Assembly (NCBI RefSeq): GCF_009914755.1
Contig: NC_060930.1
Source: the human T2T-CHM13v2.0 reference genome, Homo sapiens
DNA length: 64,000 bases
Strand: one strand, 5' to 3'
Shown: positions 1-23,627 of the stretch, in pieces
Numbering within the stretch: the first letter of the stretch is position 1
How the letters are laid out: every line of letters starts with the position of its first letter
Position numbers and translations under genes: made by a program
The notes under the pieces: generated by a model
Told to the model about the DNA's origin: nothing
Databases searched by the model: none
The model's input: the letters and a program-made list of their open reading frames with translations, nothing else

Positions 1-372
<372 letters not shown>

Positions 373-439
373 CAGAGTATATTTCTTAAGACTATCAAGT
401 TTCACACTAACATTCCCCAAGTGTTTCCTTGTTTAAAAA

Positions 440-1300
<861 letters not shown>

Positions 1301-1304
1301 ACGC

Positions 1305-1653
<349 letters not shown>

Positions 1654-2374
1654 TAATACATCAAATTAGGAGGTACATTATATCTATATTCAACTCATTA
1701 TGTTTATGGGGTTTTTGCTATGCAAAAGTTTATTTTTAATCTAGTAACATTTATAAATGTTTAAAATTCAGTTTGGATTTTGAGTCACAGTTAGAAAGTC
1801 TTTCCCTACACCAAGGTTAAAGATAAATTCACCCGTGTTTTCTTGTATAATTTCACTTTTTACACTTATGCTTATGAAGAGTTTCCAATGACATCAGAAA
1901 ATGCTAACATAAATGTTAGCTAGATAGGAAATGAAACTGTATGTTCAGTATGATGTCAAACTTATAAAAATAAAATTTTGTATATTAACAATGGTAATCT
2001 CTGGGTGGTGAAAGCATGGGCGTTTTTTTAATCTTTTACTAGTTTCTGTATTTTCTAAATTTACTACAGTAACTATCACTTTTATAATCAAAAAGAAGCA
2101 CAACATGGTTTTTAAACAATCCCCAATATTCTCCAATGTCCCAAGAAAACATGAAAATTAGTTGAAATGACTGACATATTCCAGGAATCTCTGTATAAGT
2201 TAGCTGCTGTAAATATCAAGCCAAACACTTTAGAGAACTCCAAAAAGAATGGATCAGAATGGTTACAATAATTTTATTATGTTAGCGACAGATGTCAAAC
2301 ATGACATTCCTTTTAGAAACATCCTGGGAGAGAAATGAACCACTGACAGTGGAACTGCTTACATGACCTATTTG

Positions 2375-2615
2375 GGAGGAGAACAGTGGGACAGTTGAGA
2401 GTATGAGTGTTGGAGCCAAACAGACTTGGATGTAGCCCTGGATAACACACATGCTACCTGTGTCACCTTGAGTAAGTTAATTAGCTTCTCTCACATCAGT
2501 GTTTATTTCTAAAATAGGGATAATAACAGCACTCTCAGAGTTGATGTTTGCATTTGACGTCATACAGCGTATCAAGTACTCAGTATAGTGCAGGTGCCTA
2601 AGTGCTTAGTAAATG
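2375..2615 (+). mobile_element. MIR
   Basis: MIR core-like sequence tgtcaccttgagtaagttaattagcttctct...aaaatagggataataa. Confidence 0.7.
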
Positions 2616-2966
2616 ATCATTATTATTATTTTGACCCTTCCAGACAAGGCCACCTTCTAACCAAAAAATCACTCCAATTCCTTGAAGGGGATTCACCTCT
2701 GACCTTTTCATTGAAATCTTCTCCATTGTTTCAAGTTTCTAGTTGACCTCCCCGTATGACATGTTTTACTACCCCATGCCAAAATCTGTACAGAGCGCTT
2801 TAAAATGAAAAGTGGCTCTATTACAAACACTTGCAAGAGTAGAAAAAACAGCACTGGACAGATACTAAGATAGGAGGAAAACTGTTGGAGTTACTTGCAG
2901 TGGCCAATCCTATAAATCTCCTATACTGGAGAGGTTAATATGCTGAAGTGAGAGGCATCTGATTAG

Positions 2967-2992
2967 TGTGTGTGTGTGTGCGTCTGTGTGTA
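2967..2992. repeat. (GT)n microsatellite, imperfect
   Basis: Read directly. Confidence 0.85.
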
Positions 2993-3060
2993 TGTTTTCT
3001 ATCTTCCCAGCACAAATTCATGAAAGGTCTCACTGCTAACCATTGAGATTGGAAATTTTC

Positions 3061-3383
<323 letters not shown>

Positions 3384-4207
3384 TTAAATGGAATGGACTT
3401 GGTTACTATCAGGACTTCCTGATGATGTCAGCATAGAAGATAGCTCATTTCTCAGGACTTCCCATTGCGCTGTTACTGACAGGAAAAGCAAAACTGTCTT
3501 TGGCCCAACAGGCCAGCGCCGTTTATTTTATAATGTGATGGCATAAACTCGGCTGCTTATTTGTGTATTTATATAATTGGATGATTTGTAATGGGGGAGC
3601 CTCTCTCATTAGTGCAGCTTATAAAGACTCCCCCATAAACTGTTTCAGTGCTCATTTTTAGAATCATGAATAAAAATTTAGCTGATATCACTCTAACTGC
3701 AATTCTGATTTGGTTCAAAGACTCTTTTCAAAAAGGCGTACTTTTACTTATGTAGACTTAGCAGATGGCGTAATTATAAACTTAGGGTTGCAGAACTAGA
3801 AGTCTCTTGGCAACATCACGCTGTTTATCCTTTGTATACAAAGCATGGAAACCAAACCACAACTCAAAGAATCACCAAGAGTATCTGATTCTTAGCTGTG
3901 GTTTAGCTTCATAATTGGTCGAGCAAACCAACGTTGTCGTACCCAAGTGTATAAGTGTTGTTACAATAAAAAGGCAGTCCACAGCAGCACACAGAAAGGC
4001 TTTTTGTTATCTTAATATGTGATCTGCTAAGTAAACAGTATATTATGTTGATGTGTATCCTCTGTAAGAAAATGAATAATTTGAACTTCAAAGGATCACA
4101 AAGACTTATAATAGAAATATATTAAGTGTTGAAACTAAGATCTAATTAAGTAGCATGGTTTAGAAGGCATCCGTTTAGCATTTGATTGAAAAAATCTTCA
4201 TTCTTAA

Positions 4208-4426
<219 letters not shown>

Positions 4427-4562
4427 TAGTTAAAATTAGCAATAGAATATGATTGATCATGAGTCATTATTTCCAGCATATGCAAGTTACAATACAGATA
4501 ACAGCATTTATTTAAGTCAGATTTTTCTCCCTTAAATTCCCCCCACATCTCTGCACACCATC

Positions 4563-4917
4563 TCATATGGTTTGGTTCTGTGCTCCCACCCAAATCTCAC
4601 CTTGAATTGTAATCCTCAGGTGTCAAGGGCGGGACCAGGTGGAGGTAATTGAATCATGGAGGTGGTTTCCCCTATGCTGTTCACATGATAGTGAGTGAGT
4701 CTCACAAAATCTGATGGTTTTATAAGTGTCTGGCATTTTCCCTGCTTGCACTCATTCTCTCTCCTACCACCTTGTGAAGAGGTGCCTTCCACCATGATTG
4801 TAAGTTTCCTGAGGCCTTCCCAGCCATGTAGAACTCTGAATCAATTAAACCTCTTTTCTTTATAAATTACCCAGTCTCAGGTATTTCCTTATAGAAATGT
4901 GAGAACAGACTAATACA
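4563..4917 (+). mobile_element. ERVL-MaLR solo LTR (THE1D/MSTA-like)
   Basis: Starts tcatatggtttggttctgtg and ends gactaataca; near-TSD ccatc/ccacc. Confidence 0.88.
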
Positions 4918-5139
4918 CCACCCTTCTTTGTGGACTCAGAAATTGCTCCAATTATTAATGATTAATTGATCCAGTAAAACACGTATTGGGTTTCACTAAA
5001 TTTGAGAAACAATAGGCCCCACTGAATAACATACTTTCATTCTTTTGACAATTTTTCTTGAGCACTACCTATGTAATAGGCATTGTACAGGGCATTAGAA
5101 ATGTAAAACTGAATCTGATTTATTCAGTAAGAAAATAGG

Positions 5140-5280
5140 CCTGACAAGTGTTTGAGGTGATGGATATGCTAATTACCCTGACTTGATCATTACGCATGTA
5201 TCAAAACATCATACTGTGCCCTATAAATATATACAATTATGTGTCCATTAAAAATAAAGTAAAACTTTAAAAAAGAAAAT
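5140..5280 (+). mobile_element. L1MA-type 3' end fragment
   Basis: tgtttgaggtgatggatatgctaattaccctgacttgatcatt followed by an A-rich tail. Confidence 0.75.
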
Positions 5281-5501
5281 AAATAGGACTAAATGCCAAA
5301 GCTAAAACAAATATGGCTATACATTTATCCATATGCACACCCCAAAATCAAACATGAGGAATTAAATAGAATTTCAGAAATTGCTGTACTATTATTTTTC
5401 TTTGTTAATTTATCCTGATTAATCTGTCATAGTTTTTCTTCAGCATGAATAATATTTTTACTCTGGTTTTAACTAGCTTGGCTAAAGTCTAGAGTTCTAA
5501 A

Positions 5502-5800
5502 TTTTTTTTTTTTTTTTTTGAGATGGAGTCTTGCTTTGTCACCCAGGCTAGAGTGCAGTGGCACGATCCTGGCTCACTGCAACCTCTGCCTCCTGGGTTC
5601 AAGCGATTCTCCTGCCTCAGCCTCCTAGGCAGCTGGGGTTACAGGTGCCCACCATCAAGTCCAGCTAATTTTTGTATTTTTAGTAGAGACAGGATTTCAC
5701 CATCTTGACCAGGATGGTGTTGAACTCCTGACCTCGTAATCCACCTGCCTCAGCCTCCCAAAGTTTTGGGATTACAGGTGTGAGCCACTGCATCTGACCG
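5502..5800 (-). mobile_element. Alu (AluS-type)
   Basis: Alu dimer; TSD gagttctaaa. Confidence 0.92.
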
Positions 5801-7102
5801 AGTTCTAAATTTTTAAATAAATTCTGCATAAACCTGTGAAGAAGATAGCAGACTTAGGTGTTGCTGTTATTTTGTTTTGTTTTCTTGTTTGTTTGGGTTT
5901 TTTTTTAAGCCAATGCTCCCAAGCACTACCAGTAGTCCTTGAAGTACAGGCAGAAGAGAGAAAGCGAAAAAAAAAGAAATAACAATGAAAAGAAGCCAGA
6001 GAATAAATGAATGAAAAAGAAAAGAAAGAAAAGGAAACGGTGGAAATAGAGACCAGAAATTACCCCAAAGGCTACTTAATGGTTGTCTATCCCTGTGTTG
6101 TAGGGAAAACAGTCCATTCGGAATTAAAAACTCATTATTTAAATCAAATTTGCCACCTAGACTGAGTCACTTAATGTTTGAATAAAGTTAATTTCCTTCT
6201 TTGTGTATGGGGAATGTTGAGAACTCATGAATAAAAGCCAAAGGGGCATTTTCTTTTGAAAAAGGAAAATAAATCCTGCAGAAAGTATTTGGGGGAAAGG
6301 AAAGGAGATTGCCAAACCTTGTGAATAACATTATCAGGCTGCCAATAATAAGAGGATGTCGGGGGGCGGGGGGAGGATGGAAAGGAAGGTAAAAATGGAT
6401 TATATAATGGAAAAGATAATGCCAACATAATGACAATTTACATTTGCACAACGCTAGCATGATACAAGGCATTTTGGAGTGCCTTATCTTATTTGAAAGT
6501 GCTAGAAGAAGGGATGGGTTTTTAATATCAAAGGGGAGAGGAAAGATTTTTTTCTAGCTGTAGGTGAGTCTGTAGGGGTCAGGAAAAAAGAAGGCATGTC
6601 AAAAGAAAAAGGAAAGCAAGTCTGAGAGGAGGCAGATAGATTGTGGAAACATTCAGTAGCTAAGCAATGTCTTCTTAAGGGAAATGCTATAGACACTTCG
6701 ATGTCTACATACATACACCAGTAGGAATCACATTAAAACATTCTCCGTGATTCAATTGCCAGAGATGAATGAGTTCTGACTTAGACTTTGCAATGGAGCC
6801 TGCAAGGTTAATTAATATAAACTACCTTGTGAAAGAGATGCACCTTTAAAAAAATAATAACTGTGGGCTGGACTTTTAATAACATCATTAAGTGAACCAA
6901 AGATGAAGACTATTTTTCATACTATGTAGGCATATAGAATGGTTGTTGGGAACGTTCTCAAAAGGATTTAAATGTGACAGCCTTCAGGAATAGCACAATT
7001 TTGTTTTTTTGGCTTTGGTATTAGGCCAAGATATCCCAACATAAGCCAGGCTTGCAACAGACCAGGCAGCAACACACAGCTCTCTTGTTTCATCGCCTAA
7101 TC

Positions 7103-7268
7103 CAGTGGTCCTTAACCCGCCGGTACATTGGAGTCACCTGGGGATATTTCAAACATCCCAGTGCCTAGGTACCACTTCCGACCACACAGCCTGGGCGTGT
7201 GGCCCTGCTTTCACACTTCTGAAAGCTCCCAGGTGATTCCCATGGGCAGCCCGGTTGAGAACTACTGC
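7103..7268. mobile_element. MER5-type hAT-Charlie MITE
   Basis: Terminal inverted repeats cagtggtccttaac ... gttgagaactactg. Confidence 0.7.
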
Positions 7269-8354
7269 CGTGAAGTTTCACCAAAACTCTACACAACGCT
7301 CTCAAATCCATTACCAAAGCTGGGAAGGGTTAAAGCTTTTGAAATCATTCTTGATTCCCTATTCATTGTGAAAGAGAATTCTGAAATATTCCTGAAAATA
7401 TACCATTTCAGGAATAGGAACTAAGATTATACTCAGGAAGCCTAAGGAAATAAAAGAGATGCAGTTTCTGTGTCACGGATAAAACTTCTTTCAATTCAGA
7501 GGTAGCTGAGAACATATGTGTGTCAGACACCAGGTGTCTTGCATATTTTGGGAAGAGTTATGAGGCCAATGTAAAAAGATGAGAATGAATATTGAAGGAC
7601 TGAGAGGGGAACCATATTAAGAATGGAAATATTATTAGATAATATTAATCATTAATAATATTAATACTTTGAATATCTAATGTTTAATAAGTTTTTTCAA
7701 ACCCAGACTGATCAAACTGGCTAAAAACAAAACAAGAAGTCAAGGGAAACAAAAAAGGGATAGTCAAAACAAAGATATTATTATGTCAGCAGTTACTACA
7801 ATGTGGTAAATCTTAACAGACATGTAAATATTATTTCTTCACTGCTCTAGGGAATAACATTCTTTTAAATAAAATATTATGGGAAAAATAGAATAAATGT
7901 GAAAATACTTTGAGTCTCATGCTCTACCAGCAGAACTAGCCAAGCAGCCAAAGAGAATAGTTTAAAAATAAGACTTCTTATGTGGGCCAATAGTATATTT
8001 ACATACAAGGGCATTTCAGACTTAGATCTGGCTGCTTCTTAGCCAGGTCATTATCTTTCATTGAGTTATTTAGAGTGAAATTGAATAAAGGATGTTGAAA
8101 ATTGAGGGTTCACCTTCATGAAGGTCCCTCATGAAGGTCCCTCTTCCGAATCGGGGGCATCCCCCATAAGCCAGTATCTCCCTAGAGGTAAGGGGAGGAT
8201 CTGTGTCCACCACAGAGGCCCCTTTGTCTTTTTTCTTAATTTTCATCATAATCTTGCTGGTGAATACCACAGTAATTCCATAGTACTCTCTGGATAACCA
8301 GCTTTCGAGATGTTTATGCGAGAATATTTTATGTTTACTTAAGAGTTAAAATCA

Positions 8355-8811
<457 letters not shown>

Positions 8812-9674
8812 TTAAGAGTTAAAGTGATATGTAAGAAATATAAGATTAAGAAGGTAAGTATCAGATTGTTGAGGGAATCTTTCAGTGTATTTTTAAACAT
8901 TCTAATTAGACTTAACTGACTATATTGTAAACAAACATTGGTTTTACGTACACATGTCGATATGTATATGGATAGGTATAGACCTCTTTAGAGAGATGTG
9001 ATTGGCTCTCATTTATCCACATAGGTATTATTGAGTTCGTCTTTTATCCCAAATTCATTTCTCCCCGCCACTTAGCACATCCTGGGTCTCCCTACCTGAG
9101 GCTCTGTGAATTCACTATTGACCTCTGTGTCTGGTCAAAGTTTATTCCCTTCTCTGTGTGACTTCTATACTTGGGAACCTGAAGTGTACTTGGAGAGTTT
9201 GTTCACATTGCATAAGAGTCTCTACCATTATTTGTTGAACCTCCTGGAGAATTTTTTAAGGAGGAGGAAGTTGACTGAGTTAGGACTCAATAACGCCAGC
9301 TAATGATCGGAGTGACCTTCCCCAGGAGGTCTAACAGTGATAAAACAAGAATGAAGGGCTGTTTTGCAGGATTGGCCTATTCTATCCACAAGACTCCTTT
9401 AAGGAAACAAAATGAAGACAGGTTCATCCGTAGGTCAATAGTTAATTAAGAAAGCTCTGAGGAATACACAGTGTATGTAAGAAGTAAAATATACAAGTTA
9501 GTAGCTAGAAACAGGACTCTAATCTAATTGCAGCATTTTGAACTTGGCAGTCCTCTGAAAGTATTCTTTAAGAAAATGATTGAACTGGTAACTTCTGTAG
9601 GTTGATTTTGTTGTTGTCAATGTGTTGTTGTTTCCACTGGTAACACCTCTCTAAGCATAAGGTGATCATTGTTT

Positions 9675-9678
9675 TATA

Positions 9679-9731
<53 letters not shown>

Positions 9732-9842
9732 ACAGGGTCTGACTACATTGCCCAGGCTGGTCTTGAATTTCTGAACTCAAGTGATCCACCTGCCTTGGCC
9801 TCCCAAAGTGCTGGGATTACAGCGTGAGCCACTGCGCCCAGC
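9675..9842 (-). mobile_element. Alu monomer (FLAM-like) with (TA)n/poly-T tail
   Basis: Left-arm Alu sequence; TSD tcattgtt. Confidence 0.85.
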
Positions 9843-10887
9843 TCATTGTTAACGTTTTTAAGTTCCAACATTTGATAAATTCTGACTTCATAAAATTCAG
9901 TTGTAAAGAATACAGATATCTTTCTACAGGTTTTTTATTTTTTTACTTAAAATATGGAACTCAAGAAAGAACATGGCTTGCACAGGTAGGATTAACTTCC
10001 TCTGTGGGGAGGATCATTTTAAGATTAAGCCACGGGAAGAGGTGACCAAAACAGAAAAATCCAAGCTCTCTCAGAACTACTGATCTCAGAATTTTAGTCA
10101 AGGTTCAGGCTCCTATGTATAGCCTAATCTGGCATTTCTTTAGTGGATCTTGGATTACTACTTAATTTTCTTTTAGCCTTCTACGCATGAACATCCCTAA
10201 AAAATCATTTTCTTGCTAATTTCACAGTATCTCTAGTTGAGCCACCGTAGCAAGTATTTCCCTCTTTTCAGTGGGTGGTCTTTGCCAGCAGGAAACTTAG
10301 GAGCCAATTGTCATAAAAATAATACAAAATGATGATGGGAGAGGGAACTTCCTTTGACAAACATTCCACGGTTTTCAAGCAGTGAAAAACTTTGCACCCC
10401 ATAAACCGTCCAATGGTTCTAAAGGAGCCAAAATGTCAATAAATGTTTTTTCTTTAGGAGACTTCCTGAGAATCATAGATTTTAAAGCTGAAAGGAAGCT
10501 TCACAGGCCTCTTGCCCCTTGCTGCTTCACAGTTGAGAAAATTGAGTCCAAAGAGAAGAGCTGCCTGGGTCTCCACTATGTGCTGGGCATTCCTGCCGCC
10601 CCAGAGTTGAAGCTCATGCCTGCTGCCTGATGATCCCCCCGGCTGTAGGCTCTCCTTCCTCCCCTCTGTGCTTTCGCCCCTTTCCGCTTTGTCCTGGTTA
10701 TGAGTTTGTGTTCTGCCTTTGGAAGAAGTCACTGCTTTGACTGAATGAAAAGTAGCTATCATTTGCAGAGTGGCTACTTTATCCTTTTCTTTCTTTTTTA
10801 AAACCAATCCCAAAATATATGTTATTAAACTTATTTTACAAATGAGGAAACCATAGCTTGCAGAGTTTAAGGAATCATAGAGAGTCA

Positions 10888-11226
<339 letters not shown>

Positions 11227-12063
11227 TCAAACCCAGGGCTGACTAAGTCTCCGTCTGGTGCCTTGTTTTACTCTGCTAAACTGCCTCTCTTTGATTTATT
11301 TTCTTGGTACCTATAGCATTATAGTCTGGAGAAACAGTCTTTTAGAAATTACAATGAATATTAATAGCTCCTTTGTCTTTAAAAAAAGTCTTTAGAGAAA
11401 TTATCTGGAACAATATTCAGTTCATTTTGTAATGCAGCCTTGGAGTTAACTACCCCCACCCAGTTGTAATAAATCTATATTTATATAGAAAGATGTCCAT
11501 ATTAAGTTAATTGAAGAAAGTTAATTGCAGAGCAGTGTATATAGTATAACTCCATTTAGGTTTTGTTTAACATTACAGATATCCTTAACATATATATGTG
11601 CAGAGTAGATATCTGGGAAGACACACACTGAACTCTTTACAAAGGTTCATGCTAAGGACTGGGATTGGGGGCCATGTGGTTAAATAGAGGATAAGGAGAT
11701 GATTTATGTATCAGTTATATTTTTTATAATCAATCTATATTATCTTAAAACTAATTTTTAAAACAAAACACCTTAAAACTTTCTTCATAAATACTTTATG
11801 ACAATTTTACTTATTTTGGAACTAGAAATTATAATTAGAAAGTCATCATTACTGCTTTGAACTGTTGAAAGGGTAGTTGATCATATGAAGTGGGATTTTT
11901 CCCCCGCTGTCATGAAAATGTTTGTCAAGTTCCTCCAGCAAAGCCCAGAACAGAGTTGTTGTTCAGTAATCGTTAATTATCTCTTTCTACCACAAAACCA
12001 GAAGCAATGAGAACTAATCTCTATCCCAGATGAAAGTAACTTGTAGCTTGTGGAATATTATAA

Positions 12064-12667
<604 letters not shown>

Positions 12668-12720
12668 TAACTCTTTTGCCCTTCTCTTCTGCCAGTGAAT
12701 ATGATTGTTTCTTCATGTAA

Positions 12721-12891
<171 letters not shown>

Positions 12892-12989
12892 TAGGCTTGA
12901 GGAGTTCGCTGTCTGTTAAAATGATCTCACCCCAGAGCTTTCCTATCAGCAGTTTTAAGACAAACTGCATGGATCTATAATCAGTATTT

Positions 12990-13612
<623 letters not shown>

Positions 13613-13703
13613 CTGTAGCTAGGATTTTAACGATCTTTATGCTTTTTATTATATGCTATATGTTTCGTGGTTTTTCTTAAAAATTTCCTTTCTGTTGTAA
13701 AGG

Positions 13704-13709
13704 AATAAA
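13704..13709 (+). terminator. Intronic paralogous AATAAA (possible alternative poly(A) site)
   Basis: Context tgtaaaggAATAAAgca mirrors tgtgaaggAATAAAgca at 14987. Confidence 0.35.
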
Positions 13710-14163
13710 GCAGGTTGGGTGAAAACTACGGTTTCATCCATATAGCCTAAGTAAGCAACATCCAGTTCTTGGAATTAAATGAAGTACGGAGTGTTCTTCA
13801 TATGGAAAAAGAGAAACTTCAGTTGAGGCTGGGGGCAGGAGTAAAGGCAGGGTTGAGGTGCGGCGTTAAACTGAGAGAAGCTGCTGCAGAGCATCAGGCT
13901 GCATTACTCCTGCTGCATTTTCACCAAGGGCCCCCACAGCCCTCCACGCGCCCTTGGCCAGACCCAGCCTTCACAGCTGGGTCTGACAGCCTTCATTTCC
14001 CAGCTCTCTAATTGGCCTATCAGAGAGCAAGGACCAGACTCCAAGCTCCATGAGGGCAGGCCCCGTGTCTGCCTTCTTCAACAAGAGTTTCTCAACAAAT
14101 GTCTGTTATTTGACTGAATGATGACATAGAGAAGCCATGAATGTTCAATACAAGCAACATTAA

Positions 14164-14508
<345 letters not shown>

Positions 14509-15010
14509 GCCATTTTTTGTGAATTTCATAAGAAAGCATTCATTCTCCCCATTTGTGACATTTGTAGTATGTCTCATATTCTTTGACTGACTGACCTCAT
14601 TCCACTGGGATTTCTGCCTTGGGCTTAAGGATGATTGTGTGGGCTGCACAGGCTGAAGGTTAGTTGAGTAAATTAAGTAGCTATGCTAGCTTTTAAAAAA
14701 AGAGCGAGGGGGAGACTTGACCAGCATAGATATTTGGCACTCTCCTTTGTGTGGCTTCAAACATTATGGAGATGTCTTTAATTCATTTATAAGTGCCTTC
14801 AGTTTACATTAATAAGTTCGTGCCAAATGAAATCCTTCCTGTTTACTCCTGCCTTGTGGCGGGGTCCATCCTCTGCTGCTCCTTTAAAACAAATTGCATG
14901 GATTTGTATTAAGTATTTTAATGGCTTATATGTTTTTTATGCTGTATGTCTATGGTTTTATAATTTTTTTCTCTGTGTTGTGAAGGAATAAAGCAATGTC
15001 TTGAAGTTGG
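14509..15010 (+). other. STMND1: STMND1 3' UTR (3' end approximate)
   Basis: Non-repetitive sequence between the stop codon and the first AATAAA. Confidence 0.65.
14987..14992 (+). terminator. Polyadenylation signal AATAAA (likely STMND1)
   Basis: First canonical hexamer after the stop codon, with U-rich/TGTA upstream context. Confidence 0.7.
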
Positions 15011-15299
15011 CTGAATTACAGTTTTATCCACATAGTTTAAGTTAGCAATATCTAATTCTCAGAATTACATAGAGTTTTCTTCTTGTGAAAACAGAAGAAC
15101 TTCAGTTGAGGCTAGGGATGGAAGGAAGTTGTGAGGGTGCGGGTAGACTGGGAGTCAGCCCTGCTACCAGTGTCTGTCTTCCCTGCAGACATGCTGAGCT
15201 GAGAAGCTGCTGGTCCTCATCTTATTGAATTATACCTTGGTTCTTCCCTCCCTTACCACTCACATCCAATCAATTATCTGGTCTTATGATTCTAGATGC

Positions 15300-15540
15300 T
15301 TTTTTTTTTTTTTGGAGACAGGGTCTCACTTTGTCACCCAGGCTGGAGTACAGTGACATGATCTTGGCTCACTGCAGCCTTGACCTCCTGGGGCTCAAGC
15401 GATCCTCCCACCTCAGATCCTCAAATAGCTAGGACTACAGGCATGCATCACCACACCTGGCTAATTTTTTATAGAGACGGGGTTTCGTCATGTTGCCCAG
15501 GCTGGTCTCAAACTTCTGAGCTCAAGCAATCCACCCACCT
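15300..15540 (-). mobile_element. AluJ-type lacking its 5' ~45 nt
   Basis: Alu sequence stops abruptly at caatccacccacct. Confidence 0.85.
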
Positions 15541-16127
15541 CATTTGCTTGCAAACACATATCAAAAATCAGTGAGTGGCAAGTGACAATGAAGCTGTATC
15601 TGGTGGCAGGCTTTAGAGTGGCAAGTGAGTTGATGTTCTTGAATCGTACAGCTGCATCTGGTGGCCTTAAAAGTATGTTTGAGGCAACTTCAAATCTCCA
15701 TATGTTCTGAATTAAAGTCCAGGCGGAATATCCTGACATCGCCACAAAAGCACTGAAAAGCCTGCTTCCATTTCTAGCATCCCATCTTTGTGCAGCAGGG
15801 TTTTCTGCAGTGACAGCAAACAAAATGAGATTATGGAGTAGACTGGACATAAGCAACGCATTTCAGATGTCACTGTCTCCCATCACCTCAGATGGGACCA
15901 TCTAGTTGCAGGAAAACAAGCTCAGGGCTCCCACTGATTCTACATTATGGTGAGTTGTATAATTATCTCATTATATATAACAGTGTAATAAGAAGAGAAA
16001 TAAAGTGCACAATAAATGTAATGCACTGGAATCATCTTGAAACTATCCACACCCCCTCCCCGACATTCATGGGAAAATTGTCTTCCACGAAACCAGTCCC
16101 TGGTGCCAAAAAGGTTGGGGACCTCTG
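15541..16127 (+). mobile_element. MER1A/Charlie3-type hAT DNA transposon fragment
   Basis: Degenerate hAT dimerisation-domain frame F*IKVQAEYPDIATKALKSLLPF..LCAAGFS; right end ccctggtgccaaaaaggttggggacctctg. Confidence 0.88.
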
Positions 16128-16239
16128 TTGTATGTGTTTGTATAGCCTATAGGACTTCAAACACCTACAGCCAGTGAGGTATGATGGTGGTGGCAGAAGG
16201 GGGTTGAGGGGCTTCTTCAAAACTCACTGGAAAGCCGAA

Positions 16240-16385
16240 ACCTTTAGAGTCAGTCTACTTCTTACAATGTGACCCTGAGGCATGCAGGCTCTCTGTGTCT
16301 CAATTACCTTACATGTTAATTTGGGATAGCCACTGTCACAGAGTTGAATCAGATGAAATAATGTGTTTAAAGATACTGTGTAACT
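16240..16385 (+). mobile_element. MIR fragment
   Basis: cttacaatgtgaccctgagg...ctctgtgtctcaatt...atgaaataatgtgt. Confidence 0.55.
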
Positions 16386-16389
16386 GCTT

Positions 16390-22692
<6,303 letters not shown>

Positions 22693-23118
22693 ACTATGTC
22701 AGATTTAAAACATAAATAAATAATAAAAGTATCATATAAACTAGAATATGCCACTATTTTTATGTCATGTAAGTTATCTAAAATTCTGTGTAAGCAACAT
22801 GATGTTTTCCATCCATCCTGAGGTTTTTCTATGGAAGGGTTCACATGGTGGCATGTGTCAATCTTATAAAATATTAGAGTTGCTAAAATAATTGTACAAG
22901 GACAATTTTAAAAAGATTTGGGTATCATTCACATCTCTGCAAATAATAAAATTTAAATGACCACAAAATATGTTCAACACAAATTTATAGTACTTCCAAA
23001 TTAAATTCCCAAATTTGACAAATACTGAAATAATATTTTCTCTTGAAATCTTATGCTCTTGCCTATGTTATTTATAGCGGCTCAGATGACATGTTCATTT
23101 CATTAAAATCTATATGGT

Positions 23119-23439
<321 letters not shown>

Positions 23440-23515
23440 TTATCATTGATATCCTGACTTGAAAACCTCTCTACATATGTAGAGTTACATATGCAAAAGA
23501 CAAACCCATCCTAAC

Positions 23516-23627
23516 TGATAATCTGTATATTTTCTTAGTGACTTATATATATAAATGATATATATCATCATTTATATGATGATATCATTTATATAATTAT
23601 ATCACTAGGAAAATATACAGATTATCA
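23516..23627. repeat. AT-rich inverted repeat (26-bp outer arms, 1 mismatch)
   Basis: tgataatctgtatattttcttagtga ... tcactaggaaaatatacagattatca. Confidence 0.9.

Noticed and set aside
8111-8143. Small palindrome and 13-bp tandem duplication (catgaaggtccct)
   Set aside because: Ordinary slippage-scale event with no functional support.
15670-15890. hAT transposase-like frame as a ZBED-type gene
   Set aside because: Short, has an in-frame TGA and lies within a MER1/Charlie3 fossil.
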